A DNA stretch of 37,969 nucleotides from Akkermansia sp. (GTDB taxonomy: Bacteria; Verrucomicrobiota; Verrucomicrobiia; Verrucomicrobiales; Akkermansiaceae), in the NCBI GenBank assembly GCA_017555465.1, contig JAFZGH010000105.1:1-37969 (forward strand). The letters are read 5' to 3'. Of the stretch, positions 8,246 through 18,218 are shown piece by piece. Both the position numbers and the translations under genes were made by a program. The notes below the pieces were generated by a model. It saw nothing but the letters and a program-made list of their open reading frames with translations. It was not told the DNA's origin and did no database searches. The stretch's first letter is position 1. Each line of letters starts with the position of its first letter.

Positions 8246-11069
8246 TACCATTAAGGGCCTGACCGTCGAAATTGGCGGCGACACCACAAAGCTGAGCAAA
8301 GCCATTAAGGACGTGGAGGCCAAAAGCCGCTCCCTGTCCAAAGAACTGGGCGACATAAACAAGCTGCTGAAAATGGACCCCGGCAACGTGGACCTGCTGG
8401 CCCAAAAGCAGGAGGTCCTGGCACAGGCTGCAGAGGCCGCTGCCAAAAAGCTGGACACGCTGAAAGAGGCAGAGCGGCAGGTGCAGCAGCAGTTTGAACG
8501 CGGCGAGGTCTCCGAGGAGCAGCTGAGAGCGCTGCAGCGTGAGATCGTGGCCACGGAAAACAAAATGAAAGGCTACCAAAAGGCAGCCCAGCAGACTGCT
8601 CAGGAAATTGAGCAGCTGGGCGACGGCGCCGGCGAGGCAGGCAAGGAGCTGGGTGACACCGGCGACAAGGCCAAGAAAGCCGGCGACGACGTGGACGACT
8701 TTGCCGACGCTGCCGACAAGGCAGAGGGCGCCAGCGACGGCCTGGGCACTACCCTGGCCAATGTGGCAAAGACAGGCTTTGCGGCCGTCGCAGCTGCGTG
8801 TGCTGCTGCAATCGCTGGCCTGGTGGCAGCTGCGGAAAGTACACGGGAATACCGCACCGAAATGGGCAAGCTGAACACGGCATTTACTCAGAACGGCCAC
8901 AGCGCCGAGAATGCCCAGGCGGCATACTCCGAGCTGGTGGGCATCCTGGGCGAAACAGACCAGTCTGTGGAGGCAGCCAACCACCTGGCAAAGCTGACCG
9001 AAAACGAGAAAGAGCTGGCCACATGGACCGGCGACATTTTGCCGGGCGTCTTTGCTACCTTTGGCGATTCCCTCCCCATTGAGGGCCTGACAGAGGCAGC
9101 CAACGAAACCGCCAAGGTGGGCAAGGTAACCGGCCCCCTGGCCGACGCCCTGAACTGGGCCGGCGTTTCTGAGGACGCATTCAACGAGAGCCTGGCAGCC
9201 TGCACCACCGAGCAGGAGCGGCAGGCCCTCATTACCGAGACCCTGGCCGGCCTGTATGGCGAGGCTGCCGCAGCCTACAAGGAAACAAACGCGGAAGTTA
9301 TCCGCGCAAACCAGGCAAATGACGCCTGGATGCAGTCCCTGGCGGGCATCGGCGGCGCCATTGAGCCCATTATCACCGACATAAAGCTCATGGGTGCCTC
9401 CCTGCTGTCTGAGGCCGTGCCGGGCGTCCAGGCCCTGGCAGAGGCATTCCGCGGAATGATGAACGGCGAGGAGGGCGCGGCCGGTAACTTTGCCGCCGCC
9501 GTCGGCGGTATGGTCTCCGGGCTGGTGGGCAAGATCACCGAGGCGCTGCCCGGCATTGCCAAGGTGGGCCTGTCCATTATCACCACCCTGGCCACGTCCC
9601 TGGCGCAGCAGCTGCCCAAGCTGCTGACCACCGGCGGCCAGATCGTTTTCCAGCTGCTGAATGGTATTGCAACCAACCTGCCGAGCATTGCCCAGGGCGC
9701 CCTGAACGCCATAGGCGGCTTTGTGCAGGGCCTGCAGACAAACCTGCCGCTGGTGTTGGCCAAGGGCCGCGAGATTCTCATGAACCTGGCCACCGGCATC
9801 CGCGAGAGCCTGCCGGGTCTGATCTCACAGGGGCTGGACACCATCATGAATCTGGCGCAGACCATCTACGACAACGCGCCCACGCTGATCCAGACCGGCT
9901 TCGACGTGCTGAGCAATTTGATCTCCGGCATCATGAGCAGCCTGCCGGTCCTGATCTCCAAGGTGCCCACCATCATCAGCACTTTGGCCAATACGATCAA
10001 CCATAATTTTCCGACCATCCTGAAAAAGGGCGCTGAACTACTTTTACAGGTCGGAAAAGGGCTTATTTCTGCCATTCCTGCCCTAATTTCAAACATTCCT
10101 AAGATAATCACGGCAATCGTGGACGTGTGGGAGGCATTCAACTGGCTGCAATTCGGCAAGAAGATTTTTACATTCTTAAAGGACGGCCTCATGTCCATGC
10201 TGGGCGCTATCAAGGGCGCCGGCACGAATGTGCATAACGCTATCCAGAATGCAATCAAGTCCCTGCCTGACAAGCTGCTGCAGCTGGGCAAGAACGCCAT
10301 GGAATTCCTGAAAAATGCCATTACCAACGCCCGCAGCGCCGTGGCAACTGCCGGCGGAAATATCTTGACCGCGGTGGTAAATGCCGTCAAATCCATGCCC
10401 AGCAAGCTGCTGAACACCGGCAAGGACGCCATTTCCAAGCTGGCCAGCGCTCTGAGCCCCAGCACCATCAAGACAAAGGCCGCAAGCATTGCAACCGCCG
10501 TCCTGGACGCATTCAAGAGCCTGCCCGGCAAAATGGTGAGCATCGGCAAGGAAGTCATAAACGGCGTAATTTCTGGCATCACCGCTATGGTGGGCAAGCT
10601 GTACGACAGCATTGCCAACGCCCTGGGCGGCCTGGTGAACAAGGCCAAGAAAGCCCTGGGTATTGCATCCCCGTCCAAAGTCATGGCCAGAGAAGTGGGC
10701 CAGCACGTCCCCAGCGGCGTTGCCGTCGGCGTGGAGGGCAACCTGGCCGCGGCCGAAAAATCCATGGTGGATATGGCCGACGATATGGTGGCGGCAGCAA
10801 ATGCAGAGCTGGCCGGCTCCAGCCTGACCGCTCCTGGCTTTAACGGCCTAAACTTTGAGAGAAACCTGCAGACCCGCACGACGGCCGCGCAGATCGCAGC
10901 CGCATCTGCAGACGCTGGCATGCTGTCCAAGCTGGACGCAATCCTGGCAGCCATTGAAAAGGGCCAGGTGCTGACCATCGACAAAAAGCTGCTGGTGGGC
11001 GGAACCGCTAACGACTACGACAACACACTGGGCCAGCGCCGTGCGCTGGTAGCAAGGGGGGCGCTGTAA
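8235..11069 (+). CDS. Tape measure protein
   Basis: IKGLTVEIGGDTTKL N-terminus, Ala/Gly-rich helical repeats, LGIASPSKVM C-terminal motif; 944 aa. Confidence 0.95.
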   Translation: MASNTIKGLTVEIGGDTTKLSKAIKDVEAKSRSLSKELGDINKLLKMDPGNVDLLAQKQEVLAQAAEAAAKKLDTLKEAERQVQQQFERGEVSEEQLRALQREIVATENKMKGYQKAAQQTAQEIEQLGDGAGEAGKELGDTGDKAKKAGDDVDDFADAADKAEGASDGLGTTLANVAKTGFAAVAAACAAAIAGLVAAAESTREYRTEMGKLNTAFTQNGHSAENAQAAYSELVGILGETDQSVEAANHLAKLTENEKELATWTGDILPGVFATFGDSLPIEGLTEAANETAKVGKVTGPLADALNWAGVSEDAFNESLAACTTEQERQALITETLAGLYGEAAAAYKETNAEVIRANQANDAWMQSLAGIGGAIEPIITDIKLMGASLLSEAVPGVQALAEAFRGMMNGEEGAAGNFAAAVGGMVSGLVGKITEALPGIAKVGLSIITTLATSLAQQLPKLLTTGGQIVFQLLNGIATNLPSIAQGALNAIGGFVQGLQTNLPLVLAKGREILMNLATGIRESLPGLISQGLDTIMNLAQTIYDNAPTLIQTGFDVLSNLISGIMSSLPVLISKVPTIISTLANTINHNFPTILKKGAELLLQVGKGLISAIPALISNIPKIITAIVDVWEAFNWLQFGKKIFTFLKDGLMSMLGAIKGAGTNVHNAIQNAIKSLPDKLLQLGKNAMEFLKNAITNARSAVATAGGNILTAVVNAVKSMPSKLLNTGKDAISKLASALSPSTIKTKAASIATAVLDAFKSLPGKMVSIGKEVINGVISGITAMVGKLYDSIANALGGLVNKAKKALGIASPSKVMAREVGQHVPSGVAVGVEGNLAAAEKSMVDMADDMVAAANAELAGSSLTAPGFNGLNFERNLQTRTTAAQIAAASADAGMLSKLDAILAAIEKGQVLTIDKKLLVGGTANDYDNTLGQRRALVARGAL

Positions 11070-11749
11070 TGTACAAAAAAAGAACCGTCCAGCTGGGCGA
11101 CTATGACACCGCAGCGCATGGCCTCTGGACGCTGGCTGCCTGCAAGTTTCCCGGGCCCGAGGTGGAGCAGAACCTGGTAAACGTCCCCGGACGTTTCCAG
11201 GGCCCTCTGGACCTCAGCACGGCTCTGACGGACGGCTGGCCCGTATATGGTGCCAGACCTCTGACCATTACCCTGGAAAGCTCAGAGGGCACCAGGGAGG
11301 CCCGAGAGGCCCGCATTTCTGAAATGGTGAACAAGCTGCACGGGCAGCGCGTCAACTTTGTGCTGCCTGATCACCCGCTGCATTACGGCACCGGCCGGCT
11401 GAGCGTACAGACCCTGTACAATGACCCGGCCCACGCCTCTGTCCAGGTGACCGGCACCTGTGACCCCTGGCTTTATGCCAAGGCCGAAACCGTGGTGCAG
11501 CTGCAGGCATCCACCACGGCGCAAACGGCCCGGCTGCGAAACGCCGGCGCCATGCCCGTGGTGCCCCTGGTGGAGATCACTGCAGCGGCCGGTGCCACCG
11601 TGTCCCTGGTTTTTGGGGCATATTCCTGGGCGCTGGCTGCCGGCTCCTACAAGCTGCCCGACCTGGCGCTGCTGCCCGGTGATCATGTTATCACCTACAG
11701 CGGCGCCGGCACGGCAAAAATTACCTACAGGGAGGCGGTGCTGAGATGA
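11069..11749 (+). CDS. Distal tail protein (Dit)
   Basis: Follows TMP; VNVPG..GPLDLS and CDPWLY motifs. Confidence 0.8.
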   Translation: MYKKRTVQLGDYDTAAHGLWTLAACKFPGPEVEQNLVNVPGRFQGPLDLSTALTDGWPVYGARPLTITLESSEGTREAREARISEMVNKLHGQRVNFVLPDHPLHYGTGRLSVQTLYNDPAHASVQVTGTCDPWLYAKAETVVQLQASTTAQTARLRNAGAMPVVPLVEITAAAGATVSLVFGAYSWALAAGSYKLPDLALLPGDHVITYSGAGTAKITYREAVLR

Positions 11750-13347
11750 TACTGGCAACTGCTGACGGCCTGACCGTATACGACAGCCGGCTGGGAGACC
11801 GTGCCCTGCTGGGGCTGAAAGTCACCACGGCCGTGAATAAGGCCGGCACGGCTGAGATTACCATGGCACCCGAGCACCCGGCATATGACAGCTTTACCAT
11901 GTACCGCTCTATTGTGGAAATTTCCCGGGACAATGAGCTGCTTTTCCGCGGCCGGCCCCTCTACCCGACCTATGACAACGACAACTGCAAAAAGATCACC
12001 TGCGAGGGTGAGCGGTGCTTTTTACGGGACGCAGCCATGCGGCCGTATCTGTACCAGGACACCCCGGCGGCAATCTTTGCGGACCTTGTCAATATTTATA
12101 ATTCCCAGGTGGAGGCGGCCAAGTCTTTCCAGGTGGGCACCGTTACCGTCACCGACGAAAACGACTATGTGCGCCTGGAAAGCGAAAAGGCCGGCCAGGT
12201 GGCGGACGCCATGGACAAGCTGGTGGAGCGCTGCGGCGGCTATATCGTTTTTACCACCAACGACGCCGGCCAGCGTGTTATCAACTGGTATGAAAGCCTG
12301 GGCTACCAGAGCAGCCAGGTGATTGAGTTTGGTGTGAACCTCCTGGACTACACCAGGAGCCAGGCCAGCACCGACCTGGCCACGCGCATCATACCCTATG
12401 GCGCCAAGAGTGAGGAAACCGGCGAGTATGTGACCATTGAAAGCGTAAACGACGGCCTGGACTTTATCGAGGACGCCGACGCGGTGGCCCTGCGCGGCGT
12501 GATCGCGCGGCCGGTGTACTGGGACGACGTGACCCAGCCGGCCAACCTGCTGCGCAAGGCCCAGCAGTACCTGGCCACCAGTAAAATGATCATAACCTCC
12601 CTGGAGCTGTCTGCCGTGGACCTGTCTATTTTGGATAAGGACATAGACAGCCTGCGGGTGGGTGATACCATCCAGGTGAGGAGCCGGCCCCACAACGTGG
12701 ACGACCGTTTCCTGCTGCAGCAGCGCACATACGACCTGCTGGACCCCGCCCAGGACAAGGTGGTGCTGGGCAAGGACCTGGCCACGCTGACCGGCGCCGA
12801 CGTAGCCGGCGACCGGGACGCCATGAGCGAGCTGCACCGAACTGAGCATATTATACGGGCCGACTACCAGCTGGGCATTGCTAACGCGGTAAAGACTACC
12901 CAGGAAACCCTGTTTTCTCTGATACAGCAGACCAGCGACGCCATACGCCTGGAGGTCTCCGAAACCTACGCCACAAACGGCGAGGTGGACAGCAAAATTT
13001 CCACCACCATGACCCAGCTGGCTGACAGTTTCAATTTTGAGTTTGAAACCCTGCGGGCCGTGGTGGACGAAAACGACGCCGAGGCCCGGGCCCAGTTTGA
13101 AACAATCCGCAATTATATCCGTTTCGTGGACGGCAATATCATTCTGGGCGAGGAGGGCAACGAGCTGACCCTGCGCATTGAAAATGACCGTATCAGTTTT
13201 CTGGACGGCGGCGCAGAGGTGGCCTACTTTTCCAACCAAATGCTTTACGTCCTGGACGGGCATTTCCTGCACTCCCTGCAGGTGGGCAAATTCGCATTTT
13301 TACCCCGTGAAAACGGCAATCTTTCCCTTGTAAAGGTGGGTGATTAA
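11746..13347 (+). CDS. Baseplate hub / Tal-like tail protein (prophage endopeptidase-tail family)
   Basis: IEFGVNLLD, ATRIIPYG, LRVGDTIQV motifs; coiled-coil C-terminal region. Confidence 0.8.
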   Translation: MILATADGLTVYDSRLGDRALLGLKVTTAVNKAGTAEITMAPEHPAYDSFTMYRSIVEISRDNELLFRGRPLYPTYDNDNCKKITCEGERCFLRDAAMRPYLYQDTPAAIFADLVNIYNSQVEAAKSFQVGTVTVTDENDYVRLESEKAGQVADAMDKLVERCGGYIVFTTNDAGQRVINWYESLGYQSSQVIEFGVNLLDYTRSQASTDLATRIIPYGAKSEETGEYVTIESVNDGLDFIEDADAVALRGVIARPVYWDDVTQPANLLRKAQQYLATSKMIITSLELSAVDLSILDKDIDSLRVGDTIQVRSRPHNVDDRFLLQQRTYDLLDPAQDKVVLGKDLATLTGADVAGDRDAMSELHRTEHIIRADYQLGIANAVKTTQETLFSLIQQTSDAIRLEVSETYATNGEVDSKISTTMTQLADSFNFEFETLRAVVDENDAEARAQFETIRNYIRFVDGNIILGEEGNELTLRIENDRISFLDGGAEVAYFSNQMLYVLDGHFLHSLQVGKFAFLPRENGNLSLVKVGD

Positions 13348-15423
13348 ATGGCAACCAGCGGCAGCTTTAATACAACCGCGTACAATGCGGACGACGGCAC
13401 CCGTTATCTGACATTTGCCTGGGAGGAAACCAGCCAAAATATTGCGGCCAACACCACGACAATTTCCTGGACGCTGAAAGCTGGCGGCACGTCCACGCAG
13501 TCGATTAACGGCCGAAACATAAAGCTGATCATTGACGGCGTTACCGTTTATACCTTTGGTGGCGGCGCCGGCAGCTACAAGAACCTGGACCAGGGCACCA
13601 AGGTGGCCAGCGGCACCTATACCTTTACGCACAAGGCAGACGGCACCCGGACCTTTGCAGCATCTGCAGAGGCTGGTATTTACGTCTGGGCCGTGAATTG
13701 CACCGGCTCCAAAACGTTTACCCTGGACACCATCCCCAGGGCTACCACGCCCACCGTGTCCGCGTCCAGCGTGGACATGGGCAGCGCGGTGACGATCTCC
13801 ATGCCCCGGGCCAGCTCTGCATTTACCCACGACCTGGCGTACAGTTTCGCCGGCGCGGGCTATGTGAGCATTGCCACCGGCGTGGGCACGTCCTACAGCT
13901 GGACCACGCCCGACCTGGCCAGCAAAATACCGAACGCCACCAGCGGCACGCTGACCATACGTTGCATCACGAAAAACGGCAGCACCACCATAGGCACAAA
14001 AACGGTCACCATGACCCTAAAGGTGCCCACGTCCGTGGTGCCTACCATTTCCGCGGTGGCAACGACTGAGGCCACCAGCGGCCTGGCCGCACAGTTTGGC
14101 GCATTTGTCAAGGGCAAGTCCAAGATCAAGGCCACCATTACCGCAGCCGGCGCCAAGGGCTCCACAATTAAGTCCTACAGCACGACGTTTAACGGCAAGA
14201 CCTACACCGGCAGCAGCTGGACCTCTGGCCTGGTGACTGCCAGCGGCTCCCTGAGCCTGGTTACAACTGTAACGGATTCCCGCGGCCGCACGGCGAAAAA
14301 GACCACCACCATTACGGTGCTGGACTATTCCGCCCCGAAAATCTACACGCTGCAGGTGCACCGTGTGAATGAGCGGGGCGACGCTGACCAGGACGGCGTG
14401 TTTATGATGGTGAACAAGTCGTACAGCGTGGACCCGATCAACGGCAAAAACACCGCCAATATGCTGCTGGAGTATAAAGTCTCTACGGCTGCAACGTGGG
14501 AAACGCTGGAGACCGGCACCGCCCTGGAGGGGTCGCCGCCGTTTGTTCCCGATATGGAGTTTTCCGTGGACTTCCAGTACGACGTGCGGCTGACCGTTAC
14601 CGACTGGTTTGGCGCCAGTACCTCCTACAACGCCCGGCTGCAGTCTGGCGCCGTTATACTGGACATAGGCGCCGACGGCAAAAGCCTGGGCCTGTTTACG
14701 GTGGCCACCCGCGAGGGCGTGGACTTTGGCGCCTCCGCAAAGGGCGCCGTGCTGGGCCTGTGGGAGGCAACTGCCAACATACCCGAAAACGGCGACTTTA
14801 ACGACTACACCCAGCCGGGCGTGTACGGCGTGGCCGGCAATGCGGTAATGGAAACCCTGAAAAACCGACCCATTGACAAGGCCGGCACGCTGCGCGTGTC
14901 CTCTGGCCTGGGCGTCAAAAAGGTATCCGGTGCCTGGGCTTATATTATCCAGGAGTTTCACTGCTACGACAACAGCCACGCCATATACCGGCGGCATTTA
15001 CATTCTAACGGTGAGGGCGTATTTTCTGCGGGAGCGTGGCGGGCTATCACGTTCAGGGGCCAGAAAGTGCTCTGGGAGGGCGGCAGGTACATGACCGCCG
15101 GCCACACGGCTGAGCTGAGCGAGCCGGTGAGCCTCCAGGACAACGGCATAGTGCTGGTGTTTAGCACCTATTCAAACGGCGCCCCGGTGGATTCAAATTT
15201 TCAGCACTTTTTTGTGCCTAAAAAGTTTGTTGAGATCATGAACGGCTATGGCTGCACGTTCCAAATGAATACCGTAAATTTCAATTATGTGGCGGCTAAA
15301 TATCTTTATATCCACGACGACTACATAACAGGAAACGAAAGCAACAACCTCAGCGGCACCGCAACCTCTGGCATTGTGTTTAATAATGCCATGTATGTGC
15401 TGCGGTATGTGCTGGGCGTGTAA
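13348..15423 (+). CDS. Minor tail / receptor-binding protein (DUF859-like N-terminus)
   Basis: MATSGSF, TLDTIPRAT, VTDSRGRT, LDYSAPKI motifs; Thr-rich beta repeats; LRYVLGV end. Confidence 0.75.
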   Translation: MATSGSFNTTAYNADDGTRYLTFAWEETSQNIAANTTTISWTLKAGGTSTQSINGRNIKLIIDGVTVYTFGGGAGSYKNLDQGTKVASGTYTFTHKADGTRTFAASAEAGIYVWAVNCTGSKTFTLDTIPRATTPTVSASSVDMGSAVTISMPRASSAFTHDLAYSFAGAGYVSIATGVGTSYSWTTPDLASKIPNATSGTLTIRCITKNGSTTIGTKTVTMTLKVPTSVVPTISAVATTEATSGLAAQFGAFVKGKSKIKATITAAGAKGSTIKSYSTTFNGKTYTGSSWTSGLVTASGSLSLVTTVTDSRGRTAKKTTTITVLDYSAPKIYTLQVHRVNERGDADQDGVFMMVNKSYSVDPINGKNTANMLLEYKVSTAATWETLETGTALEGSPPFVPDMEFSVDFQYDVRLTVTDWFGASTSYNARLQSGAVILDIGADGKSLGLFTVATREGVDFGASAKGAVLGLWEATANIPENGDFNDYTQPGVYGVAGNAVMETLKNRPIDKAGTLRVSSGLGVKKVSGAWAYIIQEFHCYDNSHAIYRRHLHSNGEGVFSAGAWRAITFRGQKVLWEGGRYMTAGHTAELSEPVSLQDNGIVLVFSTYSNGAPVDSNFQHFFVPKKFVEIMNGYGCTFQMNTVNFNYVAAKYLYIHDDYITGNESNNLSGTATSGIVFNNAMYVLRYVLGV

Positions 15424-15444
15424 TTCCGAAAGGAGGAGAAAAAC

Positions 15445-17052
15445 GTGCCTAATATCAAGATCACGGTGGCGGGTAAAATCGCCACCAACACCACCCCCGG
15501 CGAGGTGATCGTGTGCGGCAATTCCGACTATACGGTGACCTTTGACCTGGACGCAGAATGGGCCGCAGAGCCAAAGCGCACGGCCCGCTTTGTCTTTTAC
15601 AAGGACGGCCTGCGGCTTTATAAGGACGCAGAATTCACCGGCAACACGGTCACCGCGCCGGTGCTGTCTGGCATCGACTATGTGGAGGTAGGCGTTTACG
15701 CCGGCGACCTGCGCACGACCACCCCGGCCCGGGTGCTCTGCGACCGCTCCATTTTGTGCGGCGACCCCATGGCGGTGCCTCCCAGCAAAGCGGAGCAGCT
15801 GCAGGCGCAGATCGGTGACCTGAGCCAGCTGCAGACCGTGGCCAAGAACAATCTGGTGGACGCCATCAACGAGGCCGCAAAGACCGGCGGCACCGGCAGC
15901 GGGTCCGGGGAAAATTCCAGCGGCGGAAATAGTGCGGATTCCGGGCAGAATCCGTCCCAGAGTGGTGGTCTTAGTACTAAGGCAATCAACCTGCTCATCA
16001 CCATTCTGCGCAATGGTGTGTATAACACGAATCAGAGCGCAAATATCACCGCTTTGGAAACTGCGCTGAAAGAATCCGGTGGCAGTTCTGGCGGCTCTGG
16101 TGATAGCGGTGGAACCGAAACCCCGGACGAACCCGAAAATCCCGAAGTTACCCTGTCCAGTATTTCCGCAACCTATTCTGGCGGCGATGTTCCCGCTGGC
16201 ACTTCCGTCCTTGCGCTGTCTGGTATTGTGGTGATTGCCCATTATTCCGATGGTAGCGCCAAGGCCGTGGAGGACTACGAACTGTCCGGTGAGATTGGCG
16301 AAGGTAGCAACACCGTGACCGTCACATATAGTGGCATGACTGCAACGTTTACCGTAACTGGTACAGTCGAATCTCTTGGTTACACATGGTCCTCTGGATA
16401 TTTCACAACGAATGGCGGTATCGGCGCAAGCTCAGGAATGTATTGCGAAGAATACTTCCCTGCTGTCCCCGGTGAAAGTGTCTATATTTACAGCGCTGAC
16501 CCTACATGGCCCTTTACGGAAGGCTTTGCCTGTTTCTATGATTCTGAAAAGAATTTCATTGCGAGAGGCTCCAAAATCATTTCGTTTGTTGCGTGCCCTG
16601 AGTACGAAGGAGCCATTGTTCATCTTGGCACGGCTCCTGACAATGCGGCGTTTTTTAGAGCTTGCGCAACTGGTGTCAGCGGATATGAGAACAGCATCAC
16701 CATCTGCAATTATACTGAACTCCCGAAGCCTTATATTGCACTTGAGGATGCAACATGGCAGGCGGGCTACATCAACAATTCGGGCAATTTCCAGACTTAT
16801 CCCAGCGGACGTTGGGCAAGTAGTATGGTCAGTGTGGAACCGGGTGCAACGTATCGGTTCGGCAATAGCAACCCGAGCTGTAACCTTACGACATTCTATA
16901 TCGGATTGTACAAAACGGTTACCGGTGGAACTGTGTCTGTGGTAGGAACCGCAGAGTTTACCGTACCTGAGAATGTTCGTTATGTGCGTTTGGCTGCAAA
17001 AACCATGAACGAAAGTGACTGCGCAACGGCAACCCTTGAGAAGATTTCCTGA
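15445..17052 (+). CDS. Tail fibre / upper-baseplate protein with an Ig-like domain and two C-terminal beta-sandwich repeats
   Basis: IVCGNSDY.V.FD.D.EW N-terminus, IGDLSQLQT..K.NLV.AINE fibre motif, Ig-like VTLSSISATY...TATFTVTG, two W..GY...VPG...P.N...R repeats. Confidence 0.7.
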   Translation: MPNIKITVAGKIATNTTPGEVIVCGNSDYTVTFDLDAEWAAEPKRTARFVFYKDGLRLYKDAEFTGNTVTAPVLSGIDYVEVGVYAGDLRTTTPARVLCDRSILCGDPMAVPPSKAEQLQAQIGDLSQLQTVAKNNLVDAINEAAKTGGTGSGSGENSSGGNSADSGQNPSQSGGLSTKAINLLITILRNGVYNTNQSANITALETALKESGGSSGGSGDSGGTETPDEPENPEVTLSSISATYSGGDVPAGTSVLALSGIVVIAHYSDGSAKAVEDYELSGEIGEGSNTVTVTYSGMTATFTVTGTVESLGYTWSSGYFTTNGGIGASSGMYCEEYFPAVPGESVYIYSADPTWPFTEGFACFYDSEKNFIARGSKIISFVACPEYEGAIVHLGTAPDNAAFFRACATGVSGYENSITICNYTELPKPYIALEDATWQAGYINNSGNFQTYPSGRWASSMVSVEPGATYRFGNSNPSCNLTTFYIGLYKTVTGGTVSVVGTAEFTVPENVRYVRLAAKTMNESDCATATLEKIS

Positions 17053-17066
17053 CAGGAGGTGAGAAA

Positions 17067-18149
17067 ATGGCTTTTTATGATGGAAGCGGACGATTTATAA
17101 AAATCGTTCCGAGTGAACAGGAAAAGAAACTGATTAACAGGCTTGTGGGCTATGAGATTCCCGGGTGGTCTGAATTGAACGCAGATTTTGCCAACGTCCT
17201 GCGGAATACGGTTACTGCGTGGATGACCGAGCATGGGGGGAGTCCCAAGAAAATCCCCTTGTTTGTGTCCACTGACCACCATGGCACTCAGCTTGGGAAT
17301 AATGGCCCGATGCTGTTTGAACTGGTAGGTGACATTATCAACTGGGATAATGTGAGCGCCGCAGCCAATCTGGGCGATACTACGGAAGGATTAAAACCCT
17401 ACTATCTGGACATTTTCGCCAAGATTCCCCCGGAGAAACAGATTAATGTGTGGGGCAACCATGAGGCATGGGGAGCATATGATTTCAACTCCACCGAGCC
17501 GTTCGACAACGCAAAAGTTTCTTCTGAGTACAGTGTTTATTATCCTTGCGGCAGAACGCATGGTTATGACAGATTTGGAAACCGGGTCATTAAGGATGCT
17601 GTATTCAAGGTCAAGTATCTGGTGATTTCCTGCTTTGAATATTTGAATCTGGACAATGAGAATGCACACCAGTATAACCGAATCGGCACAGAGGCCATGG
17701 ACTTCATCATTTCCAACATGGAAGAAAACGACGGCTACAAGCTGGTCATTCTGTCCCATGTTCCGCTGTTATATGGCAGCTGGCGCATTACTGGCTGTCC
17801 GTATGACGCAACACTCGCAGGAATTGATTCCGATCCGTTCTTTGCCGCCCGAAAAACTGGTGGTTCTGGCACTATCGTCGATTCTGACGGTGTGGAGCAT
17901 ATCTACGATTTTTCCGGCTGTGCGGAGGATTCTCCCTTTATCTGCGCTATCAACGGTCATGTGCATACGGACGGTCATGCGTATATCAACGACGACGTTC
18001 TGTGCGTGAGCCTTGACAGGTATTACCCCAATGATATCGTGCATTTCCTGCTGATTGATTTGGAGAACAACCAGATTAACGTCTGGAAGGTGGACAATAC
18101 ACCGCAGGCACAGAACTACCAGATTCCGCTGACCAAGCCTGCGGAGTAA
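17067..18149 (+). CDS. Calcineurin-like metallophosphoesterase
   Basis: All five motifs in order: TDHH, LGD, GNHE, SHVP, GHVH; RBS AGGAGGT. Confidence 0.85.
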   Translation: MAFYDGSGRFIKIVPSEQEKKLINRLVGYEIPGWSELNADFANVLRNTVTAWMTEHGGSPKKIPLFVSTDHHGTQLGNNGPMLFELVGDIINWDNVSAAANLGDTTEGLKPYYLDIFAKIPPEKQINVWGNHEAWGAYDFNSTEPFDNAKVSSEYSVYYPCGRTHGYDRFGNRVIKDAVFKVKYLVISCFEYLNLDNENAHQYNRIGTEAMDFIISNMEENDGYKLVILSHVPLLYGSWRITGCPYDATLAGIDSDPFFAARKTGGSGTIVDSDGVEHIYDFSGCAEDSPFICAINGHVHTDGHAYINDDVLCVSLDRYYPNDIVHFLLIDLENNQINVWKVDNTPQAQNYQIPLTKPAE

Positions 18150-18218
18150 GTTCGCATCCACAATCCTATGCTAAAGCCCCGCCCGGGTGGCGGGGCAACA
18201 CCAAAGGAGGGCAACACC

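Noticed and set aside
13348-18149. Diversity-generating retroelement acting on tail fibre genes
   Set aside because: No reverse transcriptase ORF and no TR/VR repeat pair differing at adenines seen
15445-18149. Active invertible shufflon
   Set aside because: No adjacent invertase or tyrosine recombinase, no inverted silent cassettes, and no inverted copies of the junction motif found
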